DNA of 64,000 bases from Candidatus Bathyarchaeota archaeon (GTDB lineage Archaea > Thermoproteota > Bathyarchaeia > Bathyarchaeales > Bathycorpusculaceae): contig OY970280.1 of assembly GCA_963715865.1 (NCBI GenBank), forward strand, positions 1 through 64,000, in the 5' to 3' direction. How positions within the stretch are numbered: the stretch's first letter is position 1; each line of letters starts with the position of its first letter. The translations under genes were made by a program, and so were the position numbers. The notes beneath the pieces were generated by a model. It was not told the origin of the DNA and searched no databases. It worked only from the letters and a program-made list of their open reading frames with translations. Shown piece after piece: positions 47,810-56,838 of this stretch.

Positions 47810-48352
47810 ATGGGCACTAAATTGAGCTTTATATCTCCGACTATGATGAAAGTTTTCGAGTTCTTCTTGGGGGATCCGATAAAGGAATATCATGAAAGAG
47901 AGGTAGTTAGGAAGACAGGCGTTAGCAAAGGGTCAGCTAGTAAGATATTGAAGCTTCTAACAAGCATGGGCTTGTTGACACGGGAAGAGAAGGGCAGATT
48001 AGCTATTTACAAGCTTAACCTAAAAGAGCCCACCGTTAGGCAGTTCAAGATACTAGTCAACATATTTGCGCTTAAAGGCGTTATAGACAAGCTAAAGGAT
48101 TACTCTAGAAAAGCTGTTCTTTTCGGAAGCTGTGCCCAGGGAACGGATGTTAAAGAGAGCGATATAGATTTGCTAGTTATCGCTCTTGAAAAAGAACCTG
48201 TCAAAAAGATAATAAGCGAATTTAACACGAAAAACGAGAGGAAAATTGCTCCTATTATAATCAACATGAATGAATATGTGCTAATGAAAAAAGAGGACAA
48301 GCCATTGTATGAAAACATAGCGCGAGGTATAGTATTATGGGAAGCAGAGTAA
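47810..48352 (+). CDS. Winged-HTH + minimal nucleotidyltransferase (MNT)
   Basis: YHEREVVRKTGVSKGSAS HTH; LFGSCAQGTDVKESDIDL. Confidence 0.88.
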   Translation: MGTKLSFISPTMMKVFEFFLGDPIKEYHEREVVRKTGVSKGSASKILKLLTSMGLLTREEKGRLAIYKLNLKEPTVRQFKILVNIFALKGVIDKLKDYSRKAVLFGSCAQGTDVKESDIDLLVIALEKEPVKKIISEFNTKNERKIAPIIINMNEYVLMKKEDKPLYENIARGIVLWEAE

Positions 48353-48780
48353 GTCCTGAACTATCTAGGCTGCTAAACGAGAGAAAGATTACGAGAGCAC
48401 AAATAAGCGAAGGCATGATTCTCAAGGAAATAGAAGCAGCAGAAACAGACTTGAAAGACGCAAAAGATTCCTTTGGAAATGGTAAGTTCAAGTGGGCAAC
48501 GATCCAGGGCTACTATTCTATGTTTCATAGTGCTAGAGCTTTACTTTTTAGTTGCGGTTACAGGGAGAAAAGTCATTATGCGCTGTTGCTATCTATCAGA
48601 GCTCTTTTTTCAAAAGAGCTAGAGCGATCTTTGATTGATAGGTTTGAAGATGGCATGAATTTAAGGCAAGAAGCAGATTACGGCTTGAAATTCTCAGAGA
48701 CAGGAGCTATCGGCAATATTGACGGCGCTGAAGAGCTGCTGGCGAGAGTCAAGAAGATACTGAAAATAAATAGCCCATAG
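48337..48780 (+). CDS. HEPN domain protein
   Basis: YYSMFHSARALL, REKSH, LRQEADY; overlaps the MNT gene. Confidence 0.88.
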   Translation: MGSRVSPELSRLLNERKITRAQISEGMILKEIEAAETDLKDAKDSFGNGKFKWATIQGYYSMFHSARALLFSCGYREKSHYALLLSIRALFSKELERSLIDRFEDGMNLRQEADYGLKFSETGAIGNIDGAEELLARVKKILKINSP

Positions 48781-48867
48781 ATGCCGTTTTTGGCTTATTA
48801 GTTTAATCAAGCTACAAGATTAACATTTTATAGTTCTCAGGCTTAACTAGACGGTGAGGGAAAAATC

Positions 48868-49377
48868 ATGGGTTACACGGCTACATGGAGAATCCTTGAG
48901 GACATAATAATTGAGCTCAGGAAAAAAGGAGTAACTATACCGCCCAATGTTATGACTGATTTGAAATCTGCCAAACTGATGATTAACATTTCGCAGGCAG
49001 AGGGCAGCACGGGAGAAGTAACACAGAAAGTTGAAGAGTACCTTGCAAACGTTGAAGGATACCTTATCACTGAAGCACAAAAAACGTTTGGCTCCGAACG
49101 CGTTGATGAATGGCTTAGAAGGTTGGAAGCAGCTATTTGCGAAGTCTGTGAAGTAAAAGAACAAGAAGACAAGTTTATTTTAGGCGTTCCTAGAGGCCAA
49201 AAATGGATTCGCGTCGAACCCATCCAAAGTCTTCCACCCGAAAGGCTCAAGCAGCTTGCTCAAGAACTAAACCTCACAGTCAACCCGCAAAAGGACGGAC
49301 GACTAGTAGTCTACGGCAAACCAGAAGACATCAAAGAATTCCTCAAAAGAATGGCTGCAGAAGCAATAAAAAAATAA
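48868..49377 (+). CDS. DUF2096 family protein
   Basis: TWRILEDIIIELRKKG, VEEYLANVEGYLI, VDEWL. Confidence 0.7.
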   Translation: MGYTATWRILEDIIIELRKKGVTIPPNVMTDLKSAKLMINISQAEGSTGEVTQKVEEYLANVEGYLITEAQKTFGSERVDEWLRRLEAAICEVCEVKEQEDKFILGVPRGQKWIRVEPIQSLPPERLKQLAQELNLTVNPQKDGRLVVYGKPEDIKEFLKRMAAEAIKK

Positions 49378-49541
49378 ATGCCAATCAACCCTAAACCATT
49401 CCACAAGATAGGCTGAAACCTATTTCGAGCATATTTGGACCATATCTATAAAACCCAAACCCAAAAAACCATGATATAGAAAATAGATTAAAGCTAAAGG
49501 TTTTTTATGAAAATTATACTACATATAAGTAGTGAGAATTT

Positions 49542-49787
49542 ATGAAATTTGCTGAAATTGCTGTCTTGCTAAGGGAAATTGTCGACAGGTGCCCAAGTTT
49601 AGATGGAAGCACCATCACGTTGATACCGCAGAAAGCTATGTATCCATTATTCTTGGGATACCACATTAATATTAAGGCAAACTTTACTAAGGAAAGCATG
49701 AGTAGCTTAAGGAAAATAGTGGAAGGGCACGACTTAGTGATGAAGATAAAGACTGATTCAGTAGTAGTTTATGAAAATAGATCATGA
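49542..49787 (+). CDS. Small hypothetical protein
   Basis: 81-aa ORF filling the intergenic space, TATA-like sequence upstream. Confidence 0.5.
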   Translation: MKFAEIAVLLREIVDRCPSLDGSTITLIPQKAMYPLFLGYHINIKANFTKESMSSLRKIVEGHDLVMKIKTDSVVVYENRS

Positions 49788-49876
49788 TAGCATTTTTTGT
49801 TTAGTGAGTTATTTTTACTGTTTTTGTTTCGATATGTTTTTTACGATAAGTCGCTAGTGCTTTATGTGGGACCATT

Positions 49877-51118
49877 TTGGTGAAATTGAAGGGATTCCAA
49901 AAATTAACGTTAACTGACCAAGCCTTACAAAGTTGGCTTAATGCACTGCAAATTGGAAAGCCCAAGGTGGTTGCGGTGTCTTTGCAGGATGCGTCAGGTC
50001 GTGTTTTAGCCGAAGACGTAATCGCCCAAGAAGATTTGCCACGGTTTGGCAAATCAGCCGTTGATGGGTACGCAATAAAATCCGCTGATTCCGTTGGCGC
50101 TTCACAGTTTAAACCAGCAACTTTCCAACTAACCGAAAACCCAGAAGTAAACGACAAGCAAGCCAAGCAAGTTTGGACTGGAAACCCCATCCCGAAAGGC
50201 GCAAACGCAGTAGTCATGCTTGAAAACACTAAAAAACGTGAGGGAAAACTGGAAGTTTGGAGTCAACTTGCGCCAGGCGACAACATTTCCAAAAAAGGGG
50301 AGGACACCAAAAAAGGCGACGTCGCCGCTAAAGCTGGCACTCGCTTGAACCCTTACCACATAGGATTAGCCGCCGCGTTAGGCTACAGCCAACTAAAAGT
50401 CGCTGAGAAACCGAAAATTGGCATTTTAGCCACAGGAAACGAGCTTGCAGAAGTAGGCACGCCGCTTTCTGGAAATCTAATTTATGATTCGAATAAAATC
50501 ATGCTCTCAGCCATGTGCACAGAACTTGGCGCAGAGACAACAGATTATGGCATAGCCAAAGATAACGTGGATGAAATTGCTGATAAAATCCAAAAAGCCC
50601 TGCAAAACCATGATGCGGTAATCACCACTGGCGGAACAAGCGTTGGAGGATTAGACTTGGTGCCGGATGCAGTTAACAAGCTTGGAAAACCAGGCGTAAT
50701 TGTCCATGGCGTTGCATTGAGACCTGCAATGCCCACAGCCCTTGCCATGTTGCAAGGCAAACCAGTTTTGGTTTTGTCAGGCAATCCCGTGGCTGCAATC
50801 ATTGGTTTTGAAGTGTTCGGTAGACCAATGGTTTGCAGGCTGCTTGGAATGAGCAAAACAGAGCCAAGACCGATGTTGAAGGCTATTTTGGCGAGAAGGG
50901 TTGCTAGTGCACTTGGAAGAAAAACTTACGTGCGGGTTCGCGTGACTTTGAAGAGTGGTGAGTTTTATGCTGAGCCAGTTAGCGCGAAAGGTTCAGGAGC
51001 AATATCTACCATGACGCAGAGCAACGGTTTCGTGGTGGTTCCTGAAAATCGCGAGGGCATAAGCGAAGGCGAAACAGTAATTGTCCACATGTTTGGCAGC
51101 TTGGAGGTTGCGGATTAA
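49877..51118 (+). CDS. moeA: Molybdopterin molybdotransferase MoeA, copy 1
   Basis: GRVLAED, SAVDGYA, WTGNPIPKGANAV, ATGNEL, TTGGTSVG, LSGNPV. Confidence 0.92.
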   Translation: MVKLKGFQKLTLTDQALQSWLNALQIGKPKVVAVSLQDASGRVLAEDVIAQEDLPRFGKSAVDGYAIKSADSVGASQFKPATFQLTENPEVNDKQAKQVWTGNPIPKGANAVVMLENTKKREGKLEVWSQLAPGDNISKKGEDTKKGDVAAKAGTRLNPYHIGLAAALGYSQLKVAEKPKIGILATGNELAEVGTPLSGNLIYDSNKIMLSAMCTELGAETTDYGIAKDNVDEIADKIQKALQNHDAVITTGGTSVGGLDLVPDAVNKLGKPGVIVHGVALRPAMPTALAMLQGKPVLVLSGNPVAAIIGFEVFGRPMVCRLLGMSKTEPRPMLKAILARRVASALGRKTYVRVRVTLKSGEFYAEPVSAKGSGAISTMTQSNGFVVVPENREGISEGETVIVHMFGSLEVAD

Positions 51119-52369
51119 GTGTTTAGGAAGCTTATGACGTTTGATGAGGCGCAAAAAGCAATTGAAGACCAGTTTAAACCTGCCTTTTTAGGTGAAGAAG
51201 AAGCTGTGCTGCTTGAAGCTTACAATCGCGTTCTTAACGAAGACGTAGTTTCAACGCTTGATATTCCACCGTTTAACCGCTCGACAGTTGATGGGTACGC
51301 TGTGAAAGCCGAGGACACTTTTGGTGCAGAGGAAAATCAACCTGTGACTTTGAAAGTTTCTGGTGTCGTGAATGTTGGGGAGCAGCCAAAAGTGGTTTTG
51401 GCGAAGGGTGAAGCAGTTGAAATTGTTACTGGCGCACCGATTCCTGAAGGTGCAGACGCAGTCGTGATGGTTGAAGACACTGAAAGAGAAAATGGCGAAT
51501 TGCATGTTTTCAGCGCTGTTACCGTGAATGAGAATGTTATGAAGAGGGGCTCAGACATAAAAAAGGGCGAAGCAGTGCTCAAAAAAGGTCAGGTTTTGGG
51601 TTCTTCGGAGATTGGTGTTTTAGCGGCTTTGGGTTTGACTAAAGTTAAAGTTTCAAAAATACCCATAGTTGCGGTTTTGTCCACAGGGGCAGAGGTAACT
51701 GAGCCTGGCCGGGCTTTGCCTGCGGGAAAAATCTATGACATTAACGCTTACAGCCTAAGCACCGCAGTAATTGAAAGTGGTGCAAAACCAGTTTACTTCG
51801 GCGTTGTTCCTGACGATAAAGCAGCTTTGTCAAAGGCTCTGCAGACTGCTGTGGCTTCAGCGGATATGGTGATTACTTCTGGCGGTGTCTCTGTTGGTCC
51901 ACGGGATTATACTCCGCAAATTGTGGATTCGTTGGGCAAGCCTGGAATAGTTGTTTACGGTATTGCAGTGAAGCCTGGCAAACCTACGACTGTTGGGTTT
52001 GTTGGGGATAAACCTGTTTTTTCTTTGCCTGGTCATCCAACGTCGGCTTTGTTGATTTTTTATTTGCTTGCTAGGCCATTGATTCAGAGGTTAGCTGGAA
52101 GACCTGTAACTGGAATGACAGTGGTCAGGGCTTTTGCTGGTTCACGGATGTTTAGTGCTAAAGGTAGGCGAACGTTTGTTATGGTTAAGTTAGAGTTTGA
52201 TAAAAGTTGCCGGTTGATTGCTGAACCTGTGGAAACTGGCGCTTCTGGAGCGATTACTACTTTGGCTAAGGCTGATGGGTTTGTTGAGATTCCTGAGAAT
52301 GAGCAGTTTGTTGATGTGGATGAAGAGGTTGCTGTTGTGCTTTTCCGTAATGTTTCCGGTAAGGTTTAG
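51119..52369 (+). CDS. moeA: Molybdopterin molybdotransferase MoeA, copy 2
   Basis: PPFNRSTVDGYA, TGAPIPEGADAVVMVE, STGAE, SGGVSVG, KPGKP, LPGHP. Confidence 0.93.
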   Translation: MFRKLMTFDEAQKAIEDQFKPAFLGEEEAVLLEAYNRVLNEDVVSTLDIPPFNRSTVDGYAVKAEDTFGAEENQPVTLKVSGVVNVGEQPKVVLAKGEAVEIVTGAPIPEGADAVVMVEDTERENGELHVFSAVTVNENVMKRGSDIKKGEAVLKKGQVLGSSEIGVLAALGLTKVKVSKIPIVAVLSTGAEVTEPGRALPAGKIYDINAYSLSTAVIESGAKPVYFGVVPDDKAALSKALQTAVASADMVITSGGVSVGPRDYTPQIVDSLGKPGIVVYGIAVKPGKPTTVGFVGDKPVFSLPGHPTSALLIFYLLARPLIQRLAGRPVTGMTVVRAFAGSRMFSAKGRRTFVMVKLEFDKSCRLIAEPVETGASGAITTLAKADGFVEIPENEQFVDVDEEVAVVLFRNVSGKV

Positions 52370-52372
52370 GGT

Positions 52373-52723
52373 TTAAGCGGGTTTTCTCTTAAATAAGGTG
52401 TACAGTGCGAACACCCATGTGAGCACTGCGTAAGCAATCATGCTTATGCCTATTAGTGCATTGCTGAATCCTATTGAGTATAATGTGTAAAGGGAAAAGG
52501 TTGATGCTCCAGCAAGTAAGATGACTAGTAACCATGGTGCCCAAGCTCTTTTTGTAAAAAGACTATAGGCTGTTATTAAACTGAGGATTCCGAGTAAACC
52601 GAGCTGCGGCGGAAAATCACTTAGGGGCAGAAATGCCAAAAGGATTATTCCAGCAATGGCATAGAAGGCTAATGATGCTAATTCTATGCGGTTGAGACTT
52701 TTTAGTTTGGTTGCTAAGGACAC
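52373..52723 (-). CDS. Small 4-TM membrane protein
   Basis: Four hydrophobic helices. Confidence 0.65.
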   Translation of the reverse strand: MSLATKLKSLNRIELASLAFYAIAGIILLAFLPLSDFPPQLGLLGILSLITAYSLFTKRAWAPWLLVILLAGASTFSLYTLYSIGFSNALIGISMIAYAVLTWVFALYTLFKRKPA

Positions 52724-52781
52724 TTGTGTTCGCCTTTACCTTATGCAGTAGGGGTTGAATTAATAAATTTAATGCATCAGG

Positions 52782-52975
52782 GTTGAGCGAAAGCTGTGAG
52801 GACATCGTGTGGACTTTTTGTTGTTGATGACTTTTTTTACTACGTACATGGGCTAAGGCACAGGAAACTTTACTACGTACAACTTAACACCTCTTTAGAA
52901 TGTACGTGGTAAATGAAGCTCAGGATGTACGTAGTAAGCTATCAACCGAAAGTTCACAGAACCGTTGAGCGAAAG
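52782..52975. repeat. Nested repeat element: four TTAC(T/C)ACGTACA copies (two direct, two inverted) bracketed by GTTGAGCGAAAG direct repeats
   Basis: Copies at 52837-48, 52870-81, 52901-12 (rc, 1 mismatch), 52926-37 (rc); flanking repeats at 52782-93 and 52964-75. Confidence 0.9.
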
Positions 52976-53026
52976 AGTTTAGAGCAAGCTTAAGGGAATA
53001 CAGAACAGAAGAGGATTGTAATCACC

Positions 53027-53926
53027 ATGAGTTATCTTGAACTTTTCACTTCGCAAACGAACGTTTTCAGCGGCATGCAAAAACCGTTTGAGAAGGCGAA
53101 ATACGTGATTTTCGGCGTGCCGTTTGATGCGACAAGCTCGTATCGGACGGGTGCGAGGTTTGGTCCAAACGCGATTAGGCAGGCGTCTTTGAATATTGAA
53201 ACGTACAGTTTCCGCAGCGGGTTGGATGTTGAGGATTTAGCGTTGTATGATGCTGGTGACTTGCATGTGTCTATGGATGCGCAGAAAACGGTTGATATGA
53301 CTAGGCTTGTGGTTGAGGATATTCTTGCGGCTGGCAAGATGCCTGTAGCTTTGGGTGGAGAACACACGATTACGCTTGGTGCTGCGAAGGGTTTAGGCGC
53401 TAGGGCAGCGAAAACGGCGATTGTAAGTTTTGATGCTCATTTGGATTTGCGTTGTGAATTTTTGGGGTCAACGTTGTCGCACACGACGTTTATGCAGCTA
53501 ATTAGCGGGGAAGTTAAGCCAGCGAAAATCGTTGAGGTTGGCACACGCTCAGCATGCAAGGAAGAACTGGCTTATGCAAAGAAGGCTGGAGTGGAATTTT
53601 TCACTTCTCAGCAAATCATCAAGCAAGGCTCAATGCTGATTGCTGAGCAGTTGAAAGAGAAGCTTCTGCCTTACGAGAACCTATATTTAACGGTGGACAT
53701 GGATGTGCTTGATCCAGCGTTTGCTCCTGCAGTGCAGAACCCTGAGCCTGAAGGAATCACCACAACCGACCTGCTAGACATTGTCTGCAGCTTGTGCGAT
53801 AAACGCGTGCTAGGCTTTGACGTGGCGGAGATTGTTCCGATTTACGACCAAGGAGTATCCGCAGTCGTCGCAGCAAAAGTAATGTTTGAAATGCTTTGCC
53901 AACTGGAAAAATCAAGAAAAAAATAG
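53027..53926 (+). CDS. speB: Agmatinase
   Basis: GARFGPNAIR, LGGEHTIT, FDAHLDLR, VDMDVLDPAFAP. Confidence 0.93.
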   Translation: MSYLELFTSQTNVFSGMQKPFEKAKYVIFGVPFDATSSYRTGARFGPNAIRQASLNIETYSFRSGLDVEDLALYDAGDLHVSMDAQKTVDMTRLVVEDILAAGKMPVALGGEHTITLGAAKGLGARAAKTAIVSFDAHLDLRCEFLGSTLSHTTFMQLISGEVKPAKIVEVGTRSACKEELAYAKKAGVEFFTSQQIIKQGSMLIAEQLKEKLLPYENLYLTVDMDVLDPAFAPAVQNPEPEGITTTDLLDIVCSLCDKRVLGFDVAEIVPIYDQGVSAVVAAKVMFEMLCQLEKSRKK

Positions 53927-53968
53927 CCCTCGACTCTAGCAATCGAGACAGTTTATACCTCATTTAAA

Positions 53969-53995
53969 GCATAGGGTTCAATTCCCATCCCCAGC
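53969..53995 (+). other. tRNA 3'-end fragment (T-arm plus acceptor 3' strand), possible att remnant
   Basis: gcatagggTTCAATTcccatCCCCAGC; no matching 5' half nearby. Confidence 0.6.
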
Positions 53996-54156
53996 TTTAG
54001 CATTTTTTTGGATCCTGCATTCTTTCATTTTTTGTGATTGATTTTTCAGCTGATTAAAAGCAAATTTCTGAGCGTCTATTTTGATTGTATTATTTCGTTT
54101 TGACTTAATTCTTATATGTAAGGAAAACATTACATATTATAAGAGCGCGAAGTATC

Positions 54157-54528
54157 ATGTCTGATGATCTAAAGTTTCATCTCAGGGCTGCCCAAGAAAA
54201 AAGGCTAGCGGCTTTGGACGAGTACGAGAAGAAGAGAATCAGCGTAGTCGGCGATTTAGCCATCAAGGCTGTTGAACAGGCGATTGAAGTTCTAGCTGCA
54301 TCTGAGGGAAAACACTTCCACACGACACCAAGGAGCGCACACAGCAACAGAATCCGTTGGATAAAAGAAAAGTTTCCTTCTTTATCTAAGGATTTAGACG
54401 AGCTATGGGGAGCTTATGGTGCTTTGGGTTATGAGGGTCTCAATGGAGAAAGAGCCGAGAAAGCTATCTCTGCAATGGAGCGCGTTTTTGATGAGATTGA
54501 AAGAGCAGCAAAAGTTAGACTTAAATAA
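54157..54528 (+). CDS. Divergent HEPN-like protein
   Basis: Helical, LAIKAVEQAIE resembles the HEPN N-terminal motif; directly upstream of an MNT; canonical Rx4-6H not seen. Confidence 0.55.
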   Translation: MSDDLKFHLRAAQEKRLAALDEYEKKRISVVGDLAIKAVEQAIEVLAASEGKHFHTTPRSAHSNRIRWIKEKFPSLSKDLDELWGAYGALGYEGLNGERAEKAISAMERVFDEIERAAKVRLK

Positions 54529-55150
54529 AATCATTACTTCAGTGTCGAAAATTCAGAGTGTTGTAGGCATTGTTCTCTTTGGTAGTCAAGCAAGAGGAGA
54601 TTATGACGAGTTTTCCGATTATGACCTCTTAATACTGTTTGAAAATAAACCTCTGATGTGGGAAACTTGGGATGAACTTTTCCAAGTCGTTGGAAGTCTA
54701 AACATGAATTTGCATGCGATTCCAGAAACACTTGAAGAGCTTAAGAACGCTAACCCAGTGTTTTTAGATGAACTATTTAGATATGGAAAAGTGCTTTTTG
54801 CCAAAATGCCCTTAGAAGTTTACCTTCAGCCCTTAAACTTGAAATCTTTCTCCTTAATCACGTATGACATGCGCAACGTGAATTACGCAGACAAAATGAA
54901 AGCTTCATATTTCCTTTATTCCAAGGGAGGTGCAGGCGCTGTAGCGAAGGCTGGGGGAACCAAAATCAGCGACAGCTGCATAACTGTTCCAAGCGATATG
55001 GCTGACGAAATAATCCGAGTCTTAACTTCTCTCAGTGTTCAAATTATAAAGACAGAAATTTTCACAAATCCAGACATGCCCAAGTCATGGCCAACCCAAA
55101 ACAGAATTCAGACTTCCAAGGTTCAAATTGAGAATCCTCAACATGGCTAA
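54491..55150 (+). CDS. Minimal nucleotidyltransferase with extra C-terminal ferredoxin-like domain
   Basis: LFGSQARGDYDEFSDYDL; C-terminal FSLITYDM...GGTKI...ITVP; ATG at 54491 preferred over 54416. Confidence 0.8.
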   Translation: MRLKEQQKLDLNKIITSVSKIQSVVGIVLFGSQARGDYDEFSDYDLLILFENKPLMWETWDELFQVVGSLNMNLHAIPETLEELKNANPVFLDELFRYGKVLFAKMPLEVYLQPLNLKSFSLITYDMRNVNYADKMKASYFLYSKGGAGAVAKAGGTKISDSCITVPSDMADEIIRVLTSLSVQIIKTEIFTNPDMPKSWPTQNRIQTSKVQIENPQHG

Positions 55151-55375
55151 ACTGCTCGCTTTAGCCTATCCTCTTGCAGTTTTTACCCTTTTTTTGCCTT
55201 TTTTAACCTTTTTTCACCTCAACCTAACGCAAATCCAAGCCCTAAACAACAAAAACAACCCAAAACACCCATTCAAAAGGGGGAGGAGCTACTATTTACA
55301 AGAAATCCAAACACAAAAAAAGAATCATCAGCGCTGACAGGACATGCTGAATTCATATACTATATCACAGCATAA

Positions 55376-55978
55376 TTGATACTGTCGAAGGCTGATGTTT
55401 TGGCTAAAGAACCAGAACTAACTATTCTCACAATCGGACACTCCACAAGAACACTCGACGAATTCGTCGGGATGCTCGAAGCCTACGGCGTCACCCTAGT
55501 CGTAGACGTGCGCACAGTTCCACGCAGCAGACACAACCCCCAATTCAACAAAGAAACCCTGCCAACCAGCCTCAAAAAATATGGAATAAAATACATCCAC
55601 ATGCCCGACATCGGCGGCTTACGCCGACCAAAACATGACTCAGAAAACTTGGCATGGCGCAACAACAGCTTCAGAGGCTACGCGGATTACATGCAAACCA
55701 AAGAATTCACCGATAACCTGCTAAAAATCATCGCGCTCGCCAGAGAGAACCGCTTGGCGTTGATGTGTGCTGAAGCTTTGCCCTGGCGATGCCACCGAAG
55801 CCTCATCTCCGACGCGCTCGTGGTTAGGCATGTTAAATTGGAGCATATCATAAGTGCAACTAGCCTTATCAACCATCAGCTTAACGAGATGGCGCATGTG
55901 GAAGGAACAAAAATAACCTACCCACTGTTCACCAAAGAAACACCCCAGAGAACACTAGGAGACTTCGGAACTTCTTAG
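55376..55978 (+). CDS. DUF488 family protein
   Basis: TIGHSTR, VDVRTVPRSR..PQFN, GGLRR, SFRGYADYM, MCAE..PWRCHR. Confidence 0.9.
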   Translation: MILSKADVLAKEPELTILTIGHSTRTLDEFVGMLEAYGVTLVVDVRTVPRSRHNPQFNKETLPTSLKKYGIKYIHMPDIGGLRRPKHDSENLAWRNNSFRGYADYMQTKEFTDNLLKIIALARENRLALMCAEALPWRCHRSLISDALVVRHVKLEHIISATSLINHQLNEMAHVEGTKITYPLFTKETPQRTLGDFGTS

Positions 55979-56104
55979 AAGCTTAAAAAAAGGGCAATAA
56001 CTGTTGCTATACTAACTTCCTCTCTTATATATAGAAACAAACGTAAGTAGGTTGAACTTTTGAGGTGAATGTGTACGTCTTGTTAGGTTAAGCTTATATG
56101 CTTA

Positions 56105-56136
56105 GTTAGAAATATCTAACGTTAGAAATAAATAAC
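56105..56136. promoter_or_regulatory. Tandem 16-bp palindromic operator
   Basis: GTTAGAAATATCTAAC then GTTAGAAATAAATAAC, immediately downstream of TATA-like cttatatg and upstream of an operon ending in an XRE HTH gene. Confidence 0.7.
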
Positions 56137-56143
56137 ATGAGGA

Positions 56144-56446
56144 GTGGGTATGAAAAGAAGCGCCAACCAAAACAACCCCATATCAGAAAAAAACATGAAC
56201 CAAAAAATCGGAGCAAAAAGAAACCTAAAGTGGACAACAGGTTGCTATGGCTTTTCAGGCTTCATCGGATTTTGGGCGTTTAACGCATTCGAATATCACA
56301 ACCCTTTGTACCTGTTTCTTTTCAGCTTTTTCAGCTTCTTCTGGATGTTCCGATACTGGAAAGATGAACTCAAGTATTTAGGCTTCTCAGGCGTGCTGGG
56401 CTTAATTGTTCCCGCGCTCTGGGCTATAGGCTTATTCAAGGTATAA
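56144..56446 (+). CDS. Small membrane protein, DUF3796-like (GFxG repeats)
   Basis: YGFSGFIGF, YLGFSGVLG; start may be internal. Confidence 0.55.
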   Translation: MGMKRSANQNNPISEKNMNQKIGAKRNLKWTTGCYGFSGFIGFWAFNAFEYHNPLYLFLFSFFSFFWMFRYWKDELKYLGFSGVLGLIVPALWAIGLFKV

Positions 56447-56468
56447 GGATACATAATGAGGGCTAAAC

Positions 56469-56816
56469 ATGAAAACAAAAATCAATGAGCGATACTTTGG
56501 CTTCTTTGGGCTCCTAGGCTTCTTAGGCTTCACCCCAGGCAACTCCGCTTTTTATCTGTTATTCATGCTTTTTTTCTTCTTTGCTTTTGCTCGACCAACA
56601 ACCAAAGAAGGCACAATCTTAAGTGATGAGCGGTGGGGAAAAAATGTCACCCAAGCCTCCAGAAATGCATTCTACGTTTTCCTTATCCCCTCTATGCTTA
56701 ATGTTGCATTTTTAAGAACTACCGATAATTTCTTGCTGGTTTCTGTTGCTATACCCATCGCGTCTTTGTTGAGCTTTGCGGTGTCGTTTGTCTACTATGA
56801 TTTAAGAGGAGACTAA
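56469..56816 (+). CDS. Small membrane protein, DUF3796/DUF2178-like
   Basis: [29 protein letters not shown]. Confidence 0.65.
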   Translation: MKTKINERYFGFFGLLGFLGFTPGNSAFYLLFMLFFFFAFARPTTKEGTILSDERWGKNVTQASRNAFYVFLIPSMLNVAFLRTTDNFLLVSVAIPIASLLSFAVSFVYYDLRGD

Positions 56817-56838
56817 AAACATCCCGTTTAAGACCCGA

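Noticed and set aside
47593-47817. Minus-strand ORF or possible gene relic between the hypothetical gene and the MNT
   Set aside because: No recognisable motifs, and it overlaps the promoter region of the MNT gene.
52782-52975. The repeat element as a CRISPR array or canonical ORB origin
   Set aside because: Repeats are 12 bp, partly inverted and unevenly spaced; there are no cas genes, no G-string ORB and no adjacent orc1/cdc6.
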